Shown one piece after another: positions 50,667 through 60,817 of a stretch of DNA of 64,000 nt; the first letter of the stretch is position 1, and each line of letters opens with the position of its first letter. The position numbers and the translations under genes were made by a program. A model generated the notes under the pieces. It made no database searches. It saw only the letters and a program-made list of their open reading frames with translations, and had not been told where the DNA came from. Source of the DNA: Nitrospira sp. Its GTDB lineage: Bacteria; Nitrospirota; Nitrospiria; Nitrospirales; Nitrospiraceae. The stretch lies in assembly GCA_047150005.1 (NCBI GenBank), contig AP038806.1, positions 4,007,158 to 4,071,157 on the forward strand, in the 5' to 3' direction.

Positions 50667-51134
50667 ATGATCACGCAAATGCACCTCAAAGGGTTGATGT
50701 TCGACCCGTATAACAACGCCTACATCGTGGTGCTCCGCGATGAGGACGGTTCCGAAATGTTGCCGATCTGGGTCGGAAAATCCGAGGCCAATTCAATCAG
50801 TATGGCCTTGGAGAACGTGGGCCCGCCCCGTCCCATGACCCATGATTTCATGAAATCGTTTCTCGACGCCTACGATGCCAAGGTCCTGAGCGTGGTGATC
50901 ACCGATCTGGCCGACCACACGTACTTCGCCAAGATTCATCTGATGTACGGAGATTCAGAATACACGGTCGATGCCCGGCCGAGCGATGCCATCGCGCTGG
51001 CTCTCCGTTCCCAGGCTCCGATCTTCGCAAAGGAATCCGTGCTGACGAAACAAGGTTCGGAGGAACTCGAGCAGTGGCTGGAAAACCTGAAGCCGGAAGA
51101 TTTCGGCAAATTGGACTCCGGGGAAGAGAAGTGA
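50667..51134 (+). CDS. Bifunctional nuclease family (DUF151) protein, copy 1
   Basis: LPIWVG..EA..I, PRPMTHD, DARPSDAIALAL, WLENLKPEDFGK; TTGACA-N18-TAGAGT at 50577-50606. Confidence 0.9.
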   Translation: MITQMHLKGLMFDPYNNAYIVVLRDEDGSEMLPIWVGKSEANSISMALENVGPPRPMTHDFMKSFLDAYDAKVLSVVITDLADHTYFAKIHLMYGDSEYTVDARPSDAIALALRSQAPIFAKESVLTKQGSEELEQWLENLKPEDFGKLDSGEEK

Positions 51135-51135
51135 G

Positions 51136-51636
51136 ATGAACCAGAGCGACGCGCCGCAGAATCAGCCGCTCGTGGAATATCAGATCGACCGCGTGGTCGA
51201 CGAGACCAGCACCGAGACCAGGATCGTGGTCCTCTCCCGCAAAGACGGCGATCCCGACGCGTTTCCGATCTGGATCGGCGCGGCCGAGGGGCATGCAATC
51301 AAGCTGGCCTTGGACGCCACCGTTACTCCACGCCCGATGAGCCATGATCTGATCAAGAGCTTCGCGGAGCATCTGAGCGTCACGGTCCGCCGCGTGGTCA
51401 TTTCGGATGTCCGAAACAGCACCTACTACGCCACCGTCCACCTGGGAAACAACGGGGTGGACCGAACCCTCGACGCGCGGCCGAGCGATGCGTTGGCGCT
51501 GGCCCTGCGGGTGCAATGCCCCATTTATATCGCGCAGGATGTACTCGCGCGGCGGAGCACGGCCAACTTGGACGCCTGGCTCGCCAAGCTGGAGTCGAAG
51601 CGCGCCGGTGCGCAGCCCGAGGTCCGCGAGATCTGA
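51136..51636 (+). CDS. Bifunctional nuclease family (DUF151) protein, copy 2
   Basis: FPIWIGAAEG, PRPMSHDL, DARPSDALALAL. Confidence 0.9.
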   Translation: MNQSDAPQNQPLVEYQIDRVVDETSTETRIVVLSRKDGDPDAFPIWIGAAEGHAIKLALDATVTPRPMSHDLIKSFAEHLSVTVRRVVISDVRNSTYYATVHLGNNGVDRTLDARPSDALALALRVQCPIYIAQDVLARRSTANLDAWLAKLESKRAGAQPEVREI

Positions 51637-51670
51637 ATCACTCTTCGACGTGAAGGAGCGAGAACGAACG

Positions 51671-52099
51671 ATGTCGACTTATCTACAGAATCCGATGGAC
51701 GTACAGGAAAAATGGTACCTGGTCGATGCGGAAGGCAAGACATTGGGACGCCTGGCGGCCCGCGTCGCCGCAATCCTCCGCGGGAAGCATCGCCCCACGT
51801 TTACGCCCAACGTGGACATGGGCGACCATGTCGTGATCGTGAACGCGGAGAAAATTCAGCTCACGGGCGACAAGCTGGAGACGAAGCTCTACCGCACGCA
51901 CTCGGGCTATCCCGGTGGATTGAAAACCGCCACGGCACAGCACGTGTTCCGTAAAGACCCGACACGGTTGCTGACGTTGGCGATCGAGGGGATGCTGCCC
52001 AAGACGCCGCTGGGCAAGCACATGGCGAAAAAGCTCCGCGTGTATGTCGGCACCACGCATCCCCATCTGGCTCAGCAGCCGGAGACAATCGCCCTGTAA
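51671..52099 (+). CDS. rplM: 50S ribosomal protein L13
   Basis: WYLVDA...LGRLA, GKHRPTFTP, GDHVVIVNA, HSGYPGG, GMLPK. Confidence 0.97.
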   Translation: MSTYLQNPMDVQEKWYLVDAEGKTLGRLAARVAAILRGKHRPTFTPNVDMGDHVVIVNAEKIQLTGDKLETKLYRTHSGYPGGLKTATAQHVFRKDPTRLLTLAIEGMLPKTPLGKHMAKKLRVYVGTTHPHLAQQPETIAL

Positions 52100-52153
52100 C
52101 CCACGTGGAAACGATTTCGATATTCTGCTAACTCAAGAAGGAGGCACGGCAGT

Positions 52154-52546
52154 ATGGTAGCGGCAATGCAATATGCGACGGGACGGCGGAAATGCGCGAT
52201 CGCACGCGCCTGGGTAACCGGAACCGCCGGCGATATCATCGTCAACGATCAACCGCTGGAAAAGGCCTTTCCGCGGCTGACCCTCAGGCAGATCATCCAG
52301 TTGCCGCTCGAGCTCGCCGGCGTCTCGGGCAAGTTTTCGATCAAGGCGACCGTGCACGGCGGCGGACCGACTGGACAGGCCGGAGCGCTTCGTCATGCCA
52401 TCGCCAGAGCGCTCGTGGAGCTGAGCCAGCCGCTTCGCGCACCCCTGAAGAAGGAAGGACTCCTCACGCGCGACTCGCGCGTCAAGGAGCGCAAGAAGTA
52501 CGGCCAAAAAGGCGCGAGAAAACGGTTCCAGTACTCCAAGCGCTAA
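52154..52546 (+). CDS. rpsI: 30S ribosomal protein S9
   Basis: TGRRK, GGGPTGQAGA, LTRDSRVKERKKYG...QYSKR. Confidence 0.98.
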   Translation: MVAAMQYATGRRKCAIARAWVTGTAGDIIVNDQPLEKAFPRLTLRQIIQLPLELAGVSGKFSIKATVHGGGPTGQAGALRHAIARALVELSQPLRAPLKKEGLLTRDSRVKERKKYGQKGARKRFQYSKR

Positions 52547-52567
52547 TCGCCGGAGCCGGCATCGAAG

Positions 52568-52600
52568 AAAGGGAAGGCTCACGGCCTTCCCTTTTTTTAT
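52568..52600 (+). terminator. Intrinsic terminator after rpsI
   Basis: AAAGGGAAGGC-TCACG-GCCTTCCCTTTTTTT. Confidence 0.85.
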
Positions 52601-52661
52601 GTCCGCCGCTATAAGTCTGCGTGAAGTACCGAGACATTCGTCGTTGCGTATCGGTTGACCG

Positions 52662-53726
52662 ATGAAGAAATTTCGAATCGCCATTGCAGGGGCCAGCGGC
52701 TACGCGGGAGCGGAACTGCTCCGGCTGGTCGCGCTGCATCCGCAGTTCGTGTTGACGACCGTCACCTCGGAAAAATCGGCCGGGACGGCCGTGGCCTCGG
52801 TCTTCCCCAGCCTCGCCGGCCTCGTCTCCCATTCGTTTCAGTCCCTGGCTCCGGAGACCCTGCTGGCGAACGCCGACGCCGTCTTCTTGGCCCTGCCCCA
52901 TACGAAATCGCTGGACCCCGTCGCGGCCTGCATGAAAGCCGGCAAGCCGGTCGTGGATCTCAGCGCCGACTACCGGTTGAGGAATCCCGCCGCCTACGAA
53001 CAGTGGTATCAGACACCGCACCGCCATGCACACCTCTTGAACGAGGCGGTCTATGGTCTTCCCGAATTGCATCGCGACGCCATTGTCAATACGCGGTTGG
53101 TCGCTTCTCCCGGATGCTATCCGACCGCGGCGATTCTCCAACTGGCTCCGCTGTTCGCGCACGACCTTGTTCAACCGGATACGATCGTGATCGACGCCAA
53201 GTCCGGCATCTCCGGCGCCGGAAGAAGCCCGGCTCTGCCCTATCACTTCCCGGAAGCGCACGAATCGCTGGAACCCTATAAGATCGGCCAGCACCGCCAT
53301 ATCCCCGAAATCGAGCAAGAGCTGAACGCGTTGCTCCCCGGGCGACCGGCTGCAGACACTCCCGCGTCGATGGTCGCCTTTACGCCTCATCTCGTCCCGA
53401 TGAACCGCGGGATCTTGAGCACGGCCTACTGCCGTCTGAAACGCCACATGCCGCTGGCGGACCTTCGGGCGCTCTACCGCACGTATTACAAAGGCGCGCC
53501 TTTCGTGAGACTGTCCGAAGACATTGTTCCCAATCCCCGATACATCAAGGGATCGAATTACTGCGACATCGGCGTCTATGCCGACCAGCGTGCCGGATGG
53601 GTGGTCACGGTCGCCGCCGTCGACAATCTGGTCAAGGGCGCGGCCGGCCAGGCGATTCAAGCGATGAACCTCATGTTGAAGCTGCCCGAAGAGACGGGAC
53701 TCACGGCTCCCGCCGCCTATCCCTGA
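52662..53726 (+). CDS. argC: N-acetyl-gamma-glutamyl-phosphate reductase
   Basis: GASGYAGAEL, DLSADYR, PGCYPT, HRHIPEI, DNLVKGAAGQA. Confidence 0.97.
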   Translation: MKKFRIAIAGASGYAGAELLRLVALHPQFVLTTVTSEKSAGTAVASVFPSLAGLVSHSFQSLAPETLLANADAVFLALPHTKSLDPVAACMKAGKPVVDLSADYRLRNPAAYEQWYQTPHRHAHLLNEAVYGLPELHRDAIVNTRLVASPGCYPTAAILQLAPLFAHDLVQPDTIVIDAKSGISGAGRSPALPYHFPEAHESLEPYKIGQHRHIPEIEQELNALLPGRPAADTPASMVAFTPHLVPMNRGILSTAYCRLKRHMPLADLRALYRTYYKGAPFVRLSEDIVPNPRYIKGSNYCDIGVYADQRAGWVVTVAAVDNLVKGAAGQAIQAMNLMLKLPEETGLTAPAAYP

Positions 53727-53744
53727 TCTCGATTACCAACGCCC

Positions 53745-54968
53745 ATGTCCACACATACCGCCAGACTCAGGCACGGCCGGGGCATCACGGCGCCCAAAGG
53801 GTTCCGCGCGGCCGGAATCCATTGCGGCATCAAGAAGCCGGGGCTTCTCGATTTGGCCCTCGTGGTTTCGGATCGACCGGGGCCGATCGCCGGCGTGTTC
53901 ACGAACAATCACGTGGTTGCCGCTCCGGTAGTGCTCGACCGTCACCATCTGCGAAAAGGTGTGGGGCGCGCGATTCTGGTCAACAGCGGCAACGCGAATG
54001 CCTGCACGGGGTCGGAGGGTCTGTCCGCCGCACGCAGCACCGCCACCCAACTGGCGAAGCGCTTGAGCATTCCGTCGCATGAGGTGTTCATCGGATCCAC
54101 CGGAGTGATCGGGCGCCGATTGCCGGTGGAGCGGATCCTCCGAGGCCTTCCCGAACTCGTGCAGCGGTTGAGCCTACGCGGCGGCTGGCCGGCAGCCAGG
54201 GCGATCATGACCACCGACCTCCGTCCCAAATCGATAGCCGTCCGCGCCGACATCAACGGCGCCATTGTCACGATCGGCGGGATGGCCAAGGGATCCGGCA
54301 TGATCCACCCCGACATGGCCACGATGCTCGGCTATTTCTCGACGGACGCGGCCATCGGTCGAATCGCCCTGCAACGAGCCGTCACCGCGGCGGTCGATCA
54401 GTCATTCAATTGCATATCCGTGGATGGCGATACGAGCACCAATGATACGGTGCTCTGTCTGGCCAACGGGCTGGCCGGCAACCGTGTTATTCGGGAAGGC
54501 ACGGCGGGATATCGCCGCTTTACCGACCTGTTGACGGAGGCCTGCAGCACGTTGGCGCTGGCCATCTGCCGCGACGGAGAAGGCGTCACCAAGGTCGTCA
54601 AGATCGAAGTCGTGGGAGCCCGCACCGTCGCGCAAGCTCGGCAGGTCGCCCGTACGATCGGCACTTCCAATCTCGTGAAGACCGCCTTCTTCGGAGAAGA
54701 TGCCAACTGGGGCCGGGTGATGGCCGCTGTGGGGCGGGCCGGAGTCGAGCTGGTTCCTTCAAGGATCGCCTTGTCCTTCGACGGGGTTCCCATGGTCAGG
54801 AAGGGAGTGGGACTGGGTCTGGCCGCCGAACGCCGCATTGCGCGCGTCTTTCGGCGCAACGAGTTCTCCGTCAGAGTAGAATTAGGCCAGGGACACCATG
54901 AGGCGCAGTTATGGACCACGGACTTGTCTTTTGATTACGTCCGTATCAACGCCAGCTATCGGTCTTGA
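53745..54968 (+). CDS. argJ: Bifunctional ornithine acetyltransferase
   Basis: NSGNANACTG, STGVIG, IMTTD, KGSGMIHPDMATML, DTSTND, DGEG, YVRINASY. Confidence 0.97.
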   Translation: MSTHTARLRHGRGITAPKGFRAAGIHCGIKKPGLLDLALVVSDRPGPIAGVFTNNHVVAAPVVLDRHHLRKGVGRAILVNSGNANACTGSEGLSAARSTATQLAKRLSIPSHEVFIGSTGVIGRRLPVERILRGLPELVQRLSLRGGWPAARAIMTTDLRPKSIAVRADINGAIVTIGGMAKGSGMIHPDMATMLGYFSTDAAIGRIALQRAVTAAVDQSFNCISVDGDTSTNDTVLCLANGLAGNRVIREGTAGYRRFTDLLTEACSTLALAICRDGEGVTKVVKIEVVGARTVAQARQVARTIGTSNLVKTAFFGEDANWGRVMAAVGRAGVELVPSRIALSFDGVPMVRKGVGLGLAAERRIARVFRRNEFSVRVELGQGHHEAQLWTTDLSFDYVRINASYRS

Positions 54969-55084
54969 GGAGGCGTGATCGTCCCACGTTCATCTTGTAA
55001 TACCCTGGACAATCTGCTACTGTTCCAAGGCTTTGGAGCCGAAGAAGCAAGATGCCGGTGTGCGCATTTCTGCGTGCCGGCCTA

Positions 55085-55197
55085 CGAAATAAATTCACAT
55101 CGACGCGGGGAAGCGTCGCTCGGCTTGAGAATAAGGGGGCTGGTCCCCCTCGCCGGCTGCGGCCGGCGCTCTGCAAGCCTTGAGGGGAGGTGAAGGC
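55085..55197 (+). promoter_or_regulatory. Structured rpsB 5' leader (possible S2 autoregulatory leader)
   Basis: Several short hairpins (CGACGC/GCGTCG, AGGGGG/CCCCCT, GCCGGC/GCCGGC) just before the rpsB Shine-Dalgarno; position matches known rpsB leaders, but the motif was not verified. Confidence 0.35.
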
Positions 55198-55971
55198 ATG
55201 GGAGTGATCGCGATCAAAGAATTGTTGGAAGCCGGTGTCCACTTCGGTCACCAGACCAATCGGTGGAACCCGAAGATGAAGAAGTTTCTCTTCGGCGAAC
55301 GAAACGGCATCTACATTATCGACCTACAGCAGACCGTCACGCGCATGGAAGAGGCCTATGCCTTCGTCCGTGACACCGTCGCGTCGGGCCAATCCATCCT
55401 GTTCGTCGGCACAAAGCGCCAGGCCGCGGAAATTCTCCAAGAGGAAGCCGTGCGCGCCAACATGTTTTACGTGAACCAGCGGTGGCTCGGCGGCATGCTG
55501 ACGAATTTCCAGACCATTCGCCGCAGCATCGACAAGATGAAAAAGATCGAGGGCATGCTGGCCGACCCGGCTCAGCACGGCCTGACGAAAAAGGAAATCT
55601 CGCAGAAACAGAAAGAACTCGTAAAGTTGCAAAAGTTCCTCACCGGCATCAAGAACATGCGCGGTCTCCCCGGCGCCGTGTTCATTCTCGACACCAGAGT
55701 CGAGCGGATCGCGGTGCAGGAAGCCACGCGCTTGGATATCCCGGTCATCGCGATTGTAGACAGCAACTGCGACCCCGACCATATCACCTACCCGATTCCG
55801 GGCAACGATGACGCCATCCGCTCCATCAAGCTGATTACGTCGAAGATCGCCGAAGCCTGCATCGAGGGCAATCATCTTCGGACCCAGCGCGAGGAAGCGG
55901 AGTTCCAGTCGAGCCCGGCTGGAGACGACAAGGTCGGTACCGCCACGTTGGCCGCGGCTCCGGCATCCTGA
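55198..55971 (+). CDS. rpsB: 30S ribosomal protein S2
   Basis: [37 protein letters not shown]. Confidence 0.98.
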   Translation: MGVIAIKELLEAGVHFGHQTNRWNPKMKKFLFGERNGIYIIDLQQTVTRMEEAYAFVRDTVASGQSILFVGTKRQAAEILQEEAVRANMFYVNQRWLGGMLTNFQTIRRSIDKMKKIEGMLADPAQHGLTKKEISQKQKELVKLQKFLTGIKNMRGLPGAVFILDTRVERIAVQEATRLDIPVIAIVDSNCDPDHITYPIPGNDDAIRSIKLITSKIAEACIEGNHLRTQREEAEFQSSPAGDDKVGTATLAAAPAS

Positions 55972-56171
55972 GGTCGCGGCACCCTTCTCCGCGGGATATT
56001 CAGCAGCACGTTGTCGTGCCCGCTCTCTGATCCGGAAGCGCCGGGGCGTCGCGCCTCTCCGCGGTCGAATCGGGGAACGGCCTCGCGCCATGCTGCGGGT
56101 CTCAGGACCGGGGCGGCAGGATCGGACAGGAGTTTCACTTCATTCACCGTCGAAGCAAAGGACTGTCACGC

Positions 56172-56768
56172 ATGGCTGGTTCAAGTCAACTCGTCAAAGA
56201 GCTCAGAGAGAAAACCGGTGCCGGGATCCTCGATTGCCAGAAGGCGCTCCAGGAAAACGGAGACGACATTGAAAAGTCCGTGGATTATCTGCGGCAGAAA
56301 GGCCTCGCGGCCGCCCAAAAAAAGGCGGGACGCGAGACCAACCAAGGTTTGATCCACGCCTACATCCACATGGGAGGCAAGATCGGTGTCTTGATCGAAG
56401 TCAATTGCGAGACCGACTTCGTCGCCCGCAACGAGGAATTCAAAGCCTTCGTCAACGATCTCGCGCTGCAGGTGGCCGCGGCCAAACCGCAATATGTCCG
56501 GCGCGAGGACGTGCCTGCCGGCACCGTCGAGAAAGAGCGCTCGATCTACGAAGGCCAGGCCAAGGAGATGGGCAAGCCCCCTGCCGCATGGCCCAAGATC
56601 GTGGAAGGCAAGCTCGAAAAGTTTTTTCAGGAGAGTTGCCTGATTGAACAGGCCTTCATCAAGGATCCGGCCGTCACGGTGAAGGATCTGCTCTCTCAAA
56701 AAATCTCGAAAATCGGCGAGAACATGAACATCCGGCGCTTCACCCGCTATCAATTGGGCGAATCATGA
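56172..56768 (+). CDS. tsf: Elongation factor Ts (short form)
   Basis: [28 protein letters not shown]. Confidence 0.97.
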   Translation: MAGSSQLVKELREKTGAGILDCQKALQENGDDIEKSVDYLRQKGLAAAQKKAGRETNQGLIHAYIHMGGKIGVLIEVNCETDFVARNEEFKAFVNDLALQVAAAKPQYVRREDVPAGTVEKERSIYEGQAKEMGKPPAAWPKIVEGKLEKFFQESCLIEQAFIKDPAVTVKDLLSQKISKIGENMNIRRFTRYQLGES

Positions 56769-57490
56769 CCTCTGCCAACTATCGGCGCATCCTCCTGAAA
56801 GTCAGCGGAGAGATGCTGGCCGGTGAGCAGGGCTACGGCATCCAGCCTTCCGTTCTCGAGGGGCTCGCCGCCGAGATCGCATCCGTCGTCGCACTCGACA
56901 TCGAAGTGGCGGTCGTTATCGGCGGAGGGAACATCTTCCGCGGCATCGCCGCCAGTGCCAGCGGCATGGAGCGCGCCTCAGCCGATTACATGGGCATGCT
57001 GGCCACCGTCCTCAACGCCCTGGCCCTGCAGAACGCGCTGGAACGCGCCGGCATCATGACCCGCGTCCAATCCGCCATCGAAATGCGCCAACTCGCGGAG
57101 GGATACATCCGGCGCCGCGCGATCCGCCATCTTGAAAAGAAACGGGTCGTGATCTTCGCCGGGGGAACCGGCAACCCCTATTTCTCGACCGACACGGCCG
57201 CCGCGTTGCGCGCGATGGAAATCGGAGCCCAGGTCATCATGAAGGGCACGAAAGTCGACGGGATCTATGACGCAGACCCGGTCAAGAATCCCGACGCCAA
57301 GAAATACGGGGAAATTTCCTTTCTCGCCATTCTCAATCAAAATCTCAAGGTCATGGACGCCACCGCGATCAGCCTGTGCATGGACAACAACCTGCCGCTG
57401 ATCGTCTTCAGTCTCAAACAGCAGGGGAATTTCAAACGAGTGGCCACGGGCGAGCCGCTCGGTACGCTCGTCACTGCCGGGCGCCACTAA
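56765..57490 (+). CDS. pyrH: UMP kinase
   Basis: [31 protein letters not shown]. Confidence 0.97.
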   Translation: MTSANYRRILLKVSGEMLAGEQGYGIQPSVLEGLAAEIASVVALDIEVAVVIGGGNIFRGIAASASGMERASADYMGMLATVLNALALQNALERAGIMTRVQSAIEMRQLAEGYIRRRAIRHLEKKRVVIFAGGTGNPYFSTDTAAALRAMEIGAQVIMKGTKVDGIYDADPVKNPDAKKYGEISFLAILNQNLKVMDATAISLCMDNNLPLIVFSLKQQGNFKRVATGEPLGTLVTAGRH

Positions 57491-57506
57491 CCATTTTGGA
57501 GCCGTT

Positions 57507-58070
57507 ATGCCGAACGCCGCCGAGATACGACAAACCGTCACGGGAAAGATGGACGGGGCGCTGGAGCACCTGAAACGGGAGTTGGCGGGACTGCGGACGG
57601 GCCGCGCCTCCATTGCCCTGTTGGACAACATCCGGGTGGACTATTACGGCACCATGACGCCCCTCAGACAGGTCGCCAACCTGTCCACGCCCGAGGCGCG
57701 CCTGATCACGATCCAGCCATGGGAACCGCCGCTGATCAAGGAAGTCGAAAAGGCGCTCGCCCTGTCGGGGCTCGGCGTGACGCCCTCAAACGACGGAAAG
57801 ATCATCCGCGTGCCGCTTCCCCCGTTGACGGAGGAGCGGCGGAAGGAACTCACCAAGATCTGCAAGAAGCACGGCGAGGACACCAAGGTCCACATCCGGG
57901 GCTTTCGACGGGATGCGAACGAAGAGTTGAAGAAACTGCAGAAAGATGCCAAATTGACCGAAGACGAACTCCGAAAGTTCGAAGCCGACATTCAAAAGCT
58001 GACCGACCAATACACGCACAAAATCGACGATGTCATCAAGAAAAAAGAGCAGGAGATTCTGGAAGTATGA
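57507..58070 (+). CDS. frr: Ribosome recycling factor
   Basis: LRTGRA, DYYG, PLTEERRKEL, RRDAN. Confidence 0.97.
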   Translation: MPNAAEIRQTVTGKMDGALEHLKRELAGLRTGRASIALLDNIRVDYYGTMTPLRQVANLSTPEARLITIQPWEPPLIKEVEKALALSGLGVTPSNDGKIIRVPLPPLTEERRKELTKICKKHGEDTKVHIRGFRRDANEELKKLQKDAKLTEDELRKFEADIQKLTDQYTHKIDDVIKKKEQEILEV

Positions 58071-58118
58071 CGCGGCGGCGTCTCTCGACCGCTCGTCGCG
58101 TTAAGAACGACTTGGATC

Positions 58119-59231
58119 GTGCTCACCACCTACACTCACATCGACATCGCCTCGCTCGTCCATAACCTCACCCAGATCCGACAATACCTCTCCGGCAACG
58201 CCACCGTCTTGGCCGTCGTCAAGGCCAATGCGTACGGACACGGAGCCGTGGAAACCGCCAAGGCGCTGATGCGTCACGGCGTGTCCCGGCTCGGCGTCGT
58301 GTCGGTCGCCGAAGGTCTCGCCTTGCGGGAGGCCGGCATCGCGGCGGACATCGTCGTGCTGGGCCCCGCGTTCGACGAGCAACTCCCGGACGTCTTGCAC
58401 AGCCGGCTGACGCTCGTCATCGGCGATCAGCCGCGATTGACCGCCCTGGCACGCGCCGCCGCCGCGAAACAGCGGTCCGTGCCCATTCACCTGAAAGTCG
58501 AGACCGGCATGGGCAGGCTTGGATTCGCAGTGGACGAGATGCCGCTCGTGCTCGACTCGCTCCGGAAGGACACCTCCCTGAAGGTCGAGGGAATGATGAC
58601 GCACCTTTCGGATGCCGACGGAAAAACCTCGGAATATACTGAGCGGCAACTGGCCAGGTTTCACGAAGCGCTCGAGCTCCTCAAAACGCGCGGACTTCAT
58701 CCCCCGCTGATTCACGCGGCCAACAGCGCCGCCATCGTCCGGTACCCCCGGGCACACTTCTCGTTGGTGCGGCCCGGCATCATGCTGTACGGCTATCACA
58801 CCCTTCCCGCCTCCGTGTCCGCCCCGCCACTCAAACCGGTGATGACGTTGCGGACGACCATTGCGCACCTGCGAACGGTCAGGCCGGAGACCTCCATCAG
58901 CTACAATCGCACGTTCGTTGCGGCTCGATCCAGCCGCATCGCCGTGTTGCCGATCGGGTACGCCGACGGGTACAGCCGCCGTCTCTCCAACCGCGGCGCC
59001 GTGCTGATTCAGGGGAAGCGCGCGCCGATCGTGGGAATGATCTGCATGGATATGACCATGGTGGATGTGACGGACATTCCGGCGGCGCGGGTCGGCGACG
59101 AGGTGGTGCTCATCGGGCGTCAGGACCAGGAGACGATCGGAGCGGACGAGGTCGCCGAATGGAGCGGCACTATTCCCTATGAAGTCCTCTGTGGGATCGG
59201 CCCTCGGGTGCCGAGAATTTACAGCTCGTAA
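58119..59231 (+). CDS. alr: Alanine racemase
   Basis: AVVKANAYGHG, ETGMGRLG, RPGIMLYG, GYADG, ICMD. Confidence 0.95.
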   Translation: MLTTYTHIDIASLVHNLTQIRQYLSGNATVLAVVKANAYGHGAVETAKALMRHGVSRLGVVSVAEGLALREAGIAADIVVLGPAFDEQLPDVLHSRLTLVIGDQPRLTALARAAAAKQRSVPIHLKVETGMGRLGFAVDEMPLVLDSLRKDTSLKVEGMMTHLSDADGKTSEYTERQLARFHEALELLKTRGLHPPLIHAANSAAIVRYPRAHFSLVRPGIMLYGYHTLPASVSAPPLKPVMTLRTTIAHLRTVRPETSISYNRTFVAARSSRIAVLPIGYADGYSRRLSNRGAVLIQGKRAPIVGMICMDMTMVDVTDIPAARVGDEVVLIGRQDQETIGADEVAEWSGTIPYEVLCGIGPRVPRIYSS

Positions 59232-59351
59232 TCCTGTCACGCCCCTTTCCCACCGATCAGCCACCATTTTCGTAACGACCCGAAGGACGCTTCGCACAAC
59301 TGATTCACGACCCGACGGGGACGGCCACCAATCGGAAGGGTGACGATCCCC

Positions 59352-60806
59352 TTAGAACAGCAGACGGAGCGAGAGTCCTCCGGTATGCAACACCGTCCTG
59401 TACGTACCGTTCACGGTCGGATTACGGTTGCCGGCAATGGTACGAGTCTCATAGAGGGAAGCCTGGTAAGACAGGTCCAGGCCGATGCCTTTCACTCTGA
59501 CCGCCCCTATCCCAACGTCTCCGCAACGGACCAGTCCCATGAGCGAGCCGCCGGCATGACAGAGGAATCCCGCACCCCCTCCCACGATGTTCACGTCGGC
59601 AGACGGCACGCCCGGGTCGAACGAGACATCCGGCATCTGCGTCTGCTGGTTGGTATAGCCGGCGCGCAGCGCCACCTCCCACGAAGGCAACGCCTCAAGC
59701 GCAAGCCACTTGTATTCGGTGCCCACCATGACCGCATAGGTATTCTGCCAACTCAGCGGTTGAGGAATTGTCGCCCCGTTCGCCAGATGCACGTCCAGAT
59801 TCTTCACCATATGCCAGCCGACCCGATCGACATCCAGTTCCACTTTCCACTCATGGGCCGCTGTACGATGCGGCCACACGGCGACGGCGCCGGTCACAAC
59901 CGGCGGCAGGATCAACGTCGCCGTGGCGTCGGACACCTTGGCTCCGTTGGCCAGAAAGGCACCGGAGAGATGCAGGGTCGCCTGACTTCTATACACGAAC
60001 CCGATGTTGACCAGGGGCTGTCCGTCTGAATTCCGCAGCGCCGTGTACAACAGACTCACGTTGAAACCGGCCGCCGTGTCGGCGCCGAAGAGCTCGATTC
60101 GAGCGCCGGCCGGGATGCCGCCCCCGCCGGGCCAGATTGACTGCCGCTCGACCTGTCCCTCCCCCACTAAGCCCGAAAAGGTGTAGATATCGGCCCCCGC
60201 ACCAACCGACAGATCACGGATCAGCTCATAGGCCACCGTAGGTTTGATGTCCAACAGTGGAAGCGTATTGAAAATCGTGGCGCTGCGAAAGGGACCGTCG
60301 GTGGGCCACCGCATCAGCGAACCGAACGGTGACGTGACGCCGACCCCTGCCGAAAGCGGCCCCAGGGCTCTCAGCCCAATGTCCTGAAAATTGGCGGTCA
60401 GATAGAGATGGGCCGGCGGCGGCCAGGCCACGCTGCCGTTGCGGTCCCCGGTGGCGGTCACGCCGGTCGGGCCGGTAAACCGGGTCGTGCCGCCCGAGAG
60501 CAGCAACCCTCCCATGAATTCGACACCATGCAGCCTGGTGAGCCCGGCGGGATTATAGTGAACCGCGGACGGATCGTCCGCTTGGGCGGCAAAGGCATTA
60601 CCCATGGCCGAGGCCGCTGTGCCCTGTCCTTGTATACGAGGCACCTGAGCTGACGCCAAGTGGGGTGAAGAGGCGAGGTCGCACAACCACAGGAGAGTGA
60701 CGACTGCGCCGGACAGCCGACCTACTCGGCCCCACCGACGATCTGACGTTTTTCGAGTCCGTCTTGGCGGCCTGTCGGTCCTTTGCTCTACGACGGCCTG
60801 CCTCAT
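59352..60806 (-). CDS. FadL/OmpP1/TodX-family outer-membrane channel for hydrophobic molecules
   Basis: Hatch motif MGNAFAAQADDPSAVHYNPAGL, TSPFG, PTVAY...LSVGAG, LRAGY, C-terminal Phe; start uncertain (60806 or 60848). Confidence 0.85.
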   Translation of the reverse strand: MRQAVVEQRTDRPPRRTRKTSDRRWGRVGRLSGAVVTLLWLCDLASSPHLASAQVPRIQGQGTAASAMGNAFAAQADDPSAVHYNPAGLTRLHGVEFMGGLLLSGGTTRFTGPTGVTATGDRNGSVAWPPPAHLYLTANFQDIGLRALGPLSAGVGVTSPFGSLMRWPTDGPFRSATIFNTLPLLDIKPTVAYELIRDLSVGAGADIYTFSGLVGEGQVERQSIWPGGGGIPAGARIELFGADTAAGFNVSLLYTALRNSDGQPLVNIGFVYRSQATLHLSGAFLANGAKVSDATATLILPPVVTGAVAVWPHRTAAHEWKVELDVDRVGWHMVKNLDVHLANGATIPQPLSWQNTYAVMVGTEYKWLALEALPSWEVALRAGYTNQQTQMPDVSFDPGVPSADVNIVGGGAGFLCHAGGSLMGLVRCGDVGIGAVRVKGIGLDLSYQASLYETRTIAGNRNPTVNGTYRTVLHTGGLSLRLLF

Positions 60807-60817
60807 CCGGCGGTCTC

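Noticed and set aside
55972..56171. GC-rich 200-bp rpsB-tsf spacer as an ncRNA or small ORF
   Set aside because: No identifiable motif or convincing ORF
56172..56768. Unusually short EF-Ts (198 aa)
   Set aside because: A well-known short form found in several phyla; not a truncation
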